A stretch of DNA of 20,000 nt from an uncultured virus (IMG/VR IMGVR_UViG_3300006169_000035). Its lineage: Duplodnaviria > Heunggongvirae > Uroviricota > Caudoviricetes. The notes under the pieces are model-generated. The model worked only from the letters and a program-made list of their open reading frames with translations. It searched no databases and had not been told where the DNA came from. Where the stretch lies: IMG/VR virus record IMGVR_UViG_3300006169_000035; one strand, given 5' to 3'. A program made the position numbers and the translations under genes. Positions 14,141 through 20,000 of this stretch are shown in pieces (within the stretch, counting starts at the first letter, position 1; each line of letters begins with the position of its first letter).

Positions 14141-15784
14141 GTGAGGTACCGTTGCGACGTGGCCGACGACGACGAACTCAAGATCACCGCGGAACCCCAC
14201 TGGCCCATCCCGAGCAGAGAGCGACTGCGGATGGCGAATCCAGGCCATCGCCTGCGTTCGCAGTTCCGCCGTCATCACCGAGGCCTTCGCGAGATTCGAC
14301 TCACCGTGTTCTCGATGACAACACGAGACGGCACCGAGCACGGAGGCGAGATCCAGAAGTTCACGCTCGACACAGGAGAAGGAGAAGTGCCCGAGGTCGA
14401 GTACACCGAACTCGCTCAGCTGACGTGGCTTCGGGGCGAGCGATACGTACGAAGTCACAAGGCCAAGACTCAGTTCCGCGTGCTCTTCATCAAGCGCGAC
14501 GCCAAGGGTGCCCGCGATCAGAAAGAGTGCCGATTCATGATCAAGCCGACACAGGTCCTCGAAGACGACCTCGAAGCTGATGACGACGGTGACGGCACGG
14601 ACGACGACGAGGAGGAGTACGAAGAAGAAGAGGACGGCGAGTACGAGGACGACGACGGCGATGACGAGGACGTCGAGGACAACGAGTACGAGGACGACGA
14701 TGAGGACGACGACGACAGTCCGAGCGCGTTGGTTCCGCTCAAGGAGCGGGAGACCAAAGATGGCATGCAGCTAGTCCCGCAGCAGATCAACCCAGCGTTC
14801 ATCACCGCAGTTCAGAGAGACACGCTCAAGCTTGCCCATCGTGCTTACACGAGCCCGATGAAGGAGAACCGAATCCTCGTCCGTCAGATGCGGCGCGAGA
14901 CCGGGAAGATGGTCGACAAGGTCCAGAACATGGCCGAGATGCTGCTGACGCAGCAAATGGAGATGGCAGCACGCAGCGAGGCACGACAGGACAAGATCAT
15001 CGAGCACCTCTACGACAGGCTCGAAGTGATGGAGGGCACCGTTACCCGTTTGACCGAGCTGTCTGTCAAGGATCGAGAGAACCTCAAAGAGCTCGCTCGC
15101 GAGGGGTGGAGAGCATTCCACGATGCGATGCGCATGAAGGAGGAAGTCGTCAACGATCGGGTCGCGTGGGCTCGATGGGTCATGGAGGACAACGAGCGCC
15201 GCGAACCTCCACCGCCTCCTCCAGCGTCAACAGGCGGCGGCTTCATGGATCTGATCACCAAGGCACAGGAGTCTCCGATGGTGGTTGCGATGGCTTCGAT
15301 TGCTCTTCGCAAGATGGGCAACGATCGCGAGGCCGATCTACTCGAAAAGATCGCGGTGAACATGTCGGGCGCCGATGAGGAAGAGGACGCCGCTGATAAG
15401 GATCCCGTCGATGTCGACGCCACCGAGCGTCCCAACGGTCACGCACGCCACGCTCGACAAGCCGGTCCGCTGGGCGTCAGGATACGAGCGTTTCGCGACA
15501 GCGTCGGAGACGAACGGCTCGAGAAGCTCAAGTCGATCATGCCAAAGGAAGCGTGGTCCTCCTTCGAGCTGGCGTGCCGAGCTCCAGACGACAAGATCGT
15601 CGTGCAAGCCCTGACCGCGATGGCGACCCCTCTCGACGACATGGGGATCAAGATGAAGATCGCTGGCGTGCTGACGCCCGACCAGATCACCGAGCTGTTG
15701 TCGATCGTCGATGCCGTGAAGCAGTCCGGTGCTCGCCGAGAGCCGCCGCGACGACCTCCTCCACGTCCCGATCCGCAGCCGTAG
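14141..15784 (+). CDS. Large hypothetical protein with a long Asp/Glu tract, coiled coil and helical C-terminal domain
   Basis: 547-aa open frame with protein-like composition. The start is uncertain (GTG 14141 or ATG 14231). Confidence 0.82.
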   Translation: MRYRCDVADDDELKITAEPHWPIPSRERLRMANPGHRLRSQFRRHHRGLREIRLTVFSMTTRDGTEHGGEIQKFTLDTGEGEVPEVEYTELAQLTWLRGERYVRSHKAKTQFRVLFIKRDAKGARDQKECRFMIKPTQVLEDDLEADDDGDGTDDDEEEYEEEEDGEYEDDDGDDEDVEDNEYEDDDEDDDDSPSALVPLKERETKDGMQLVPQQINPAFITAVQRDTLKLAHRAYTSPMKENRILVRQMRRETGKMVDKVQNMAEMLLTQQMEMAARSEARQDKIIEHLYDRLEVMEGTVTRLTELSVKDRENLKELAREGWRAFHDAMRMKEEVVNDRVAWARWVMEDNERREPPPPPPASTGGGFMDLITKAQESPMVVAMASIALRKMGNDREADLLEKIAVNMSGADEEEDAADKDPVDVDATERPNGHARHARQAGPLGVRIRAFRDSVGDERLEKLKSIMPKEAWSSFELACRAPDDKIVVQALTAMATPLDDMGIKMKIAGVLTPDQITELLSIVDAVKQSGARREPPRRPPPRPDPQP

Positions 15785-15964
15785 ATCTCCCTGCAGATTT
15801 ACAAACAGCCGGATCGATCGCGCGAACTTGTTCGCAGAACGTGATCAACGTCTCGCATCACGGACGCCGCTATCCGATCTTCGGAACGACGCGCGCATGA
15901 TGCGTGTAGCGTCTCGCAACACAGCATCATCTGTGCCGGCGCATGCGACGGCGAGAAAATCCTT

Positions 15965-16160
15965 TGGCCCCCGGTGGCCCCCAGTGAGGAAACACGTAGT
16001 TGTACAGCAACCGATGAAGCGCCGCGTGAGCCATTTCCAATTAGGAGATGATCTTCGCGATACCGGGGGCCAACGCCACAAGTGCATGAGATCGTTCAGT
16101 ACCTACAGGGGGCAACTACCGGGGGCCAACCGGGGGCCAACCGGGGGCCACCGGGTCCAA
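15965..16160. repeat. Cluster of direct and inverted 11-bp repeats ACCGGGGGCCA
   Basis: Tandem copies at 16118, 16129 and 16140, a single copy at 16062, degenerate copies near 16105 and 16150, and inverted copies at 15965-15975 (perfect) and 15975-15985 (1 mismatch). Confidence 0.9.
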
Positions 16161-16466
16161 CAACGTTCTTGAGGATCTAGATGGGTCTCCAGAATCATGC
16201 CAAGTATTTTCTTCACAGTGGAGTAGTCCAGCTAACTGAGCTTCCTCCGGAGAGTTCACTTGACGAGTCTCGGCATTGAGATTTCTGTGAGGTCCCCAGC
16301 AAAACTCGATCAAAAACGCCGTTAGCCTCGTACGGCGAAGTTCCGTGGAATCGATTCTGACAACACTAACAGCTGTCGAATCGACCATGGAGCTCCAGAG
16401 GTGCACGGGACTCCGGAGCGCCAAGCATGGCCATCGCGGCGCTCGACCGATCCACTAGGCCACCGC

Positions 16467-16658
16467 TCACCGCTGCGACGCGGCTGCTGCGATCCTGTCG
16501 CTCTCGGCTTCGAGTTCGCGCCACCAACCGTCGAGCCAGGCGCGCTGGCGCCACCCGGCGTAGGGACACGTCGCTCGCCCGAGACGGTGGTGATACGCGG
16601 TCTCGCCCTCGCCTTCGAGTTGTCGACGCTCGTCCTCAGATCGCACGGGTTCCATCAT
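16467..16658 (-). CDS. Rmf/CrpP-like small protein (ribosome modulation factor fold)
   Basis: EGETAYHHRLGRATCPYAGWRQRAWLDGW matches the G..A........CPY......WL.GW signature of the Rmf family; GGAGG RBS upstream. Confidence 0.7.
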   Translation of the reverse strand: MMEPVRSEDERRQLEGEGETAYHHRLGRATCPYAGWRQRAWLDGWWRELEAESDRIAAAASQR

Positions 16659-16685
16659 CTCGCGTTTTGCCTCCGCCTGCGACGG

Positions 16686-16730
16686 CTTGTCGTTTGGGCT
16701 CGAGCTCGAGCTGCCAACCCAAGCGACAAG
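16686..16730. other. Intergenic inverted repeat/hairpin
   Basis: CTTGTCGTTTGGG ... CCCAAGCGACAAG (12 of 13 Watson-Crick pairs) enclosing the palindrome CTCGAGCTCGAG. Confidence 0.6.
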
Positions 16731-16754
16731 GCGTTGAAGCCGTGTCGCGATCCG

Positions 16755-17213
16755 TTACCCAGCCAGACGACGTTCGAGTTCGTCGGCGGAGAGGTTCGTC
16801 TTCACGTAGAGGCGCAGGCGCTTGGTGCCGTTTCCTCCACCCTTGGCGTCCGGAACTCGCCCGGCGCGAGCGGCTGCGGTGTGCAGCATGGCCCGGATCC
16901 TGTCGGCCTCCGCGTCGACGCGGGCCACGACCGCAAGCGGGTACGCGTGCGGAGCCGGCAGCGGCAGGCGTCGCTCGTCACGGCTGAGAGCGGCGGTCGT
17001 CTTGGTCTCGATGCACGCGTCGGTGAGCGTGGCGGAGACCTCCGAGAGCCGGCGAAGAAGGAGCACCATGCCGCGGCGGTACGCGATCGTGCCGGCCGTG
17101 GTGCCGCGGCTGTCGTAGCGGATCGTGGTGGCTCCTCCGACGCGCTCGACGGCGAAGGTGGCACCGGTCGGGGTGCCCGAGGGTTCTAGGATCTGAACGT
17201 AGCGAGTCGTCAT
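16755..17213 (-). CDS. Hypothetical protein (152 aa)
   Basis: ATG start, globular-looking sequence ending GGGNGTKRLRLYV, co-oriented with the methyltransferase. Confidence 0.75.
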   Translation of the reverse strand: MTTRYVQILEPSGTPTGATFAVERVGGATTIRYDSRGTTAGTIAYRRGMVLLLRRLSEVSATLTDACIETKTTAALSRDERRLPLPAPHAYPLAVVARVDAEADRIRAMLHTAAARAGRVPDAKGGGNGTKRLRLYVKTNLSADELERRLAG

Positions 17214-17299
17214 TGTTTCGTCTTTCTGCGGGCAGCATCCCGCTCACAGCCACGATCGAGAAGCGATCGGGCTGGACAGCGGAGTGAGGCCGGAGGAGT

Positions 17300-18256
17300 T
17301 CAGGACACCGCGGACACGACCTCGATGAGCCGCTTGGCGAGCCGCGGGCCCACGGAGTTGCCGATCCCCTTGATCGTGTTCTTGCGCGTCGCCTTGGGCC
17401 AGAAGTAGTCGTCGCGGAAGCCCATCGCTCGCGCGTTCTCGCGGATCGTCAGCGGCCGGTACTCGTCGTCGCGGCAGACAAACCACTGATCCTTGGTGGT
17501 GATCGTCCGGATCGGCTCGTCGAGCGGAACGAGGCCGCCGCCGTCGCCGACGTGCTGCCCGATGAAGCGGCGCCCGAGCTTCGCGCGACCGCGAGCGATC
17601 CGATCCTTCACGGCCGGCGTCGCGTTGCGCACGGCGGTCCAGGGGACGTCGGCGTCCCAGTCGATGCACGGTCCGAACGCGGGCTCGATCGAGAGCACGC
17701 GACGGCGGTTGCTGGCGTCGACCACGGGCAGACCAAGCTCGACGGGCTTGCGGGTCGCGACTACGAACAGGCGATCGCGGCGCTGCGGCGTGTCGAAGTG
17801 CGACAGGCGCAGCACGAGCTCCTGCACGTGGTACCCGAGATCTTCGAGGCAGCCGCGCCAGCGCGGGTAGAGCCGCCAGTTCCGGAAGTCCTCGACGTTC
17901 TCGACGATGATCGACTTGGGCAGACACGTGTCCGCGCAGCCGACCACGGCCCACGCGGTCGCGCGGAGCTCGTCGTGGTGGACGCGCACGCGATCCGTGT
18001 TCGCACGGCTCGGGTGAGCCGCACGCGAGTGTCCTTGGCACGCCGGGCTCGCGAGCAGCAGATCGAAGTCCGGCAGGCGGCTGTAGTTCGTGTCGCCGCC
18101 GAGTTCCTGGCAGGAGTGCTTCGTGCCCGGATGGTTGACTGCATGGGCGTCGACGGCGAGCTGCCAGTGGTTGGCTGCCCACACGACCTCGACGCCTGCC
18201 ATGCGTGCGCCCTCGGAGAACCCTCCCCAGCCCGCGAACAGATCGACGGCTTTCAT
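17300..18256 (-). CDS. DNA (cytosine-5) methyltransferase (318 aa)
   Basis: Motif I DLFAGWGG, IV SPACQ, VI ENV, VIII QRRDRLF, IX RPLTIRENARAMGF, X GIGNSV. Start revised to ATG 18256 (ATGA overlap). Confidence 0.95.
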   Translation of the reverse strand: MKAVDLFAGWGGFSEGARMAGVEVVWAANHWQLAVDAHAVNHPGTKHSCQELGGDTNYSRLPDFDLLLASPACQGHSRAAHPSRANTDRVRVHHDELRATAWAVVGCADTCLPKSIIVENVEDFRNWRLYPRWRGCLEDLGYHVQELVLRLSHFDTPQRRDRLFVVATRKPVELGLPVVDASNRRRVLSIEPAFGPCIDWDADVPWTAVRNATPAVKDRIARGRAKLGRRFIGQHVGDGGGLVPLDEPIRTITTKDQWFVCRDDEYRPLTIRENARAMGFRDDYFWPKATRKNTIKGIGNSVGPRLAKRLIEVVSAVS

Positions 18257-18498
18257 CGCGTCACCGCCTTCTCGCCTTCGAGGCAAGCGCGGAAGATCTC
18301 GTTCATCTCGTCTTCGCCGAGGCTGAGTTCGACCTCGCGCGGCGCGTAGGTGGCGAGCTTGAAGCTGCAGTGCGCTCGCACGAGCCAACGCTTGCCACCC
18401 ATCGGATACGGATCCGTTCCGCGAGGGAACTCCAGCAGCTTCCACACGCATGCGTCGTTCTCGACGAGCATTTCACCTGAGCGAGCAGTGACCAGCAT
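18253..18498 (-). CDS. Small hypothetical protein
   Basis: Its stop overlaps the methyltransferase start (ATGA); the start could be 18498 or 18471. Confidence 0.65.
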   Translation of the reverse strand: MLVTARSGEMLVENDACVWKLLEFPRGTDPYPMGGKRWLVRAHCSFKLATYAPREVELSLGEDEMNEIFRACLEGEKAVTR

Positions 18499-18499
18499 T

Positions 18500-18800
18500 C
18501 TTCGATCCTCTCTTGGCCCGGGTCCTCCCCGGGGCGGGCCGGAAGCAACCTCCCGGCACTCTGATCGACGCCCGCGACGATCTTACTATTCGCGCTCGTG
18601 GTCGTTTGTCCCAGAACGAAAATGTGCTCGTTTTGGCCTCTAAATGGCCTATATCGTGCGTTTTACGAAAAGAGGCTCGAGCCTGGTACAAAAGAAGTCT
18701 GACGCGAAATACCCCGCCGGCGGGGCGCGTCTCACCAAGCGACTGGAGAGTTCTTCTTCGGTCCCTCCCGCGGCGAGGAGCTGCGGTCACCCCCTGGAGA
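18500..18800. promoter_or_regulatory. Probable divergent promoter region with palindromes
   Basis: Locally AT-richer (about 18580-18710) between divergent gene blocks. Perfect palindromes AGGCTCGAGCCT (18673-18684) and CCCCGCCGGCGGGG (18712-18725). Confidence 0.5.
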
Positions 18801-18805
18801 GTTCG

Positions 18806-19063
18806 ATGGCTGTCAATCGCCACCCCGCTGCGTGCCACTACTGCCGCGCCACTGTCCCCGCCAACGGCGGCCGCCTCTGGAGCTGGAAGGGCCGCTGGTA
18901 CGTCGCCCACGAGGCTTGCTCCGCCGAAGCGAAGGCCGCGAAGAAGGGCCGCCGTGCTGCTGAGCCCGCGGTGACGCAGTTCGTGATCGGCGGCCGCGAG
19001 TACATCCAGAACTCTCGCGGACGCTGCGAGGACGCCCCCTGCTGCGGCTGCTGCACGATCTGA
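18806..19063 (+). CDS. Small Cys-rich putative metal-binding phage protein (85 aa)
   Basis: Start revised to ATG 18806 (GGAGAG RBS). Contains CHYC...HEAC and a C-terminal GRCEDAPCCGCC, a motif I recall from small uncharacterised phage proteins. Confidence 0.8.
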   Translation: MAVNRHPAACHYCRATVPANGGRLWSWKGRWYVAHEACSAEAKAAKKGRRAAEPAVTQFVIGGREYIQNSRGRCEDAPCCGCCTI

Positions 19064-19071
19064 GGACGGCC

Positions 19072-19257
19072 ATGAACATGAACGTCGCCACTCTCGACCA
19101 CGTCCTGCGCGCTCTCGGCTGCGCCCACAACATCGTAGACGTCGAAGACGCCTACCCACACCTTGACGACGAAACGCGCACCGATCCCGCTGCCGAGGCG
19201 GTGACCGAAGCCTGCGCGTTCTGGCGGGCGTGCATCGCCCGAGGAGGATCGCTGTGA
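19072..19257 (+). CDS. Small hypothetical protein
   Basis: GAGGA RBS; GTGA overlap with the next gene. Confidence 0.72.
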   Translation: MNMNVATLDHVLRALGCAHNIVDVEDAYPHLDDETRTDPAAEAVTEACAFWRACIARGGSL

Positions 19258-19730
19258 AGACCACCAAGCTCCGCCGCTTTTCCATGACCGAGGTCCTGCG
19301 CCAGGCATGCATGCCCGGCCGACGCGCTGACCGACACGACGGTCACACGCTGTGTCGCGAGATCATGCGCAACACAGCGGCTGCTCCCGAGCTCGACGTC
19401 GTTGCCTACACGCTCCTGTGGCTCGATTGCAGCGGACGCCGTCTCGGCTGCACGCCGGCGACCGCTCGCGAGGCCGCCAAGTTCATCGCCGAGGTTGCGA
19501 GCGCCATGGGCCACGCAAGCGTCGACGCCGTCGCTGCAGACATCCGCCTGCGGCTCGACACCGCGGCCGAGCTCGCGAAGACCGAAGCGTCGAACGATCG
19601 CGACAGCAAGGCCGAAGCGATCCGACTGCGGCGCACGGCCCGACAACACGAGCGCACGGCTGTCAAGCTGCGCGAAGAAGCTCGTGAACTCGAACGCAAC
19701 GATCCCAACTCCAACGGAGCAAACCTGTGA
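19254..19730 (+). CDS. Hypothetical helical/coiled-coil protein (158 aa)
   Basis: Start revised to GTG 19254 (GAGGAGG RBS, GTGA overlap). Confidence 0.78.
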   Translation: MKTTKLRRFSMTEVLRQACMPGRRADRHDGHTLCREIMRNTAAAPELDVVAYTLLWLDCSGRRLGCTPATAREAAKFIAEVASAMGHASVDAVAADIRLRLDTAAELAKTEASNDRDSKAEAIRLRRTARQHERTAVKLREEARELERNDPNSNGANL

Positions 19731-20000
19731 AGAAGAACGAAGTTGAACTCGGTGGCCTCTACGTGGCCAAGGTCTCGGGCCGCACTGCCGTGGTCCGCCT
19801 CGACAGCGTCTCGGTTCACGGCGGCTGGAACGCCACCAACACGTCGACGGGGCGCCGGATCCACATCCGCACGGCCGCTCGCCTGCGCAAGACAGCGAGC
19901 CCGGAGTTCCGCAAGCTGCTCGCGGATCGCCGCAAGACAGGCGCTGCCTTCGAGAAGGTCGCGCGCGAGACGACTGCAACGATCACCGTCGAGCCGGCGA
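19727..20000 (+). CDS. Hypothetical protein with small beta-barrel (SH3-like) N-terminal domain, truncated by the window edge (missing from the ORF track)
   Basis: GTG at 19727 with GTGA overlap and GGAG RBS: MKKNEVELGGLYVAKVSGRTAVVRLDSVSVHGGWNATNTSTGRRIHIRTAARLRK..., open to 20000. Confidence 0.8.
   Translation, partial: MKKNEVELGGLYVAKVSGRTAVVRLDSVSVHGGWNATNTSTGRRIHIRTAARLRKTASPEFRKLLADRRKTGAAFEKVARETTATITVEPA

Larger units (their letters stand above)
1..20000. mobile_element. Fragment of a bacterial virus/provirus, probably tailless and membrane-containing
   Basis: No housekeeping genes. A long translationally coupled operon of membrane and beta-rich proteins includes a lytic transglycosylase. 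An orphan C5 methyltransferase, an Rmf-like gene and small Cys-motif genes are typical phage content. No tail, terminase or portal motifs were seen. Confidence 0.8.

Noticed and set aside
13874..14458. Minus-strand ORF 13874..14458 and other ORFs across the divergent intergenic region
   Set aside because: They overlap the 14141..15784 gene and the phased repeat array, and they lack protein-like features.
15965..16160. Repeats as a CRISPR array
   Set aside because: The units are only 11 bp and mostly adjacent, with no unique spacers and no cas genes.
15729..16424. ORFs 15729..16172 (+), 15845..16087 (-) and 16116..16424 (-)
   Set aside because: They have no clear RBS, atypical composition and run through the repeat cluster. 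They are treated as probably non-coding, although a small gene cannot be excluded.
1..20000. Tailed-phage hallmark genes, packaging ATPase, integrase, tRNA or rRNA
   Set aside because: No Walker A motif, terminase, portal, recombinase or RNA-gene signature was recognised. They may lie outside the window, so the virus classification remains an inference.

Overview
GC-rich fragment of what looks like a bacterial virus or provirus, most plausibly a tailless virus with an internal membrane. No terminase, portal, tail, packaging ATPase, polymerase or integrase is recognisable in this window. Bases 1-13840 hold a tightly coupled minus-strand operon of about 22 genes. It encodes many small single-pass membrane proteins, a membrane-anchored lytic transglycosylase, a ChaB-domain protein, a transglutaminase-like Cys-His-Asp enzyme, a Cys-rich repeat protein and two beta-rich, jelly-roll-like candidates, one followed by a strong terminator. 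The most striking pattern is a shared polybasic-Asn-Pro motif ([R/K]n-N-P, with variants NL, NY, NA) in most of these proteins, usually just before the membrane anchor or between modules. Together with the Cys-His-Asp enzyme in the same operon, this suggests a virion-targeting or maturation system. The right part has a divergent control region with a 10-bp phased repeat array, a large acidic coiled-coil protein, and a non-coding region with direct and inverted 11-bp repeats and G-tracts (origin or terminus candidate). It also has an Rmf-like gene, a C5 DNA methyltransferase and small early-type genes. All family calls come from motif recognition by eye; no searches were run.
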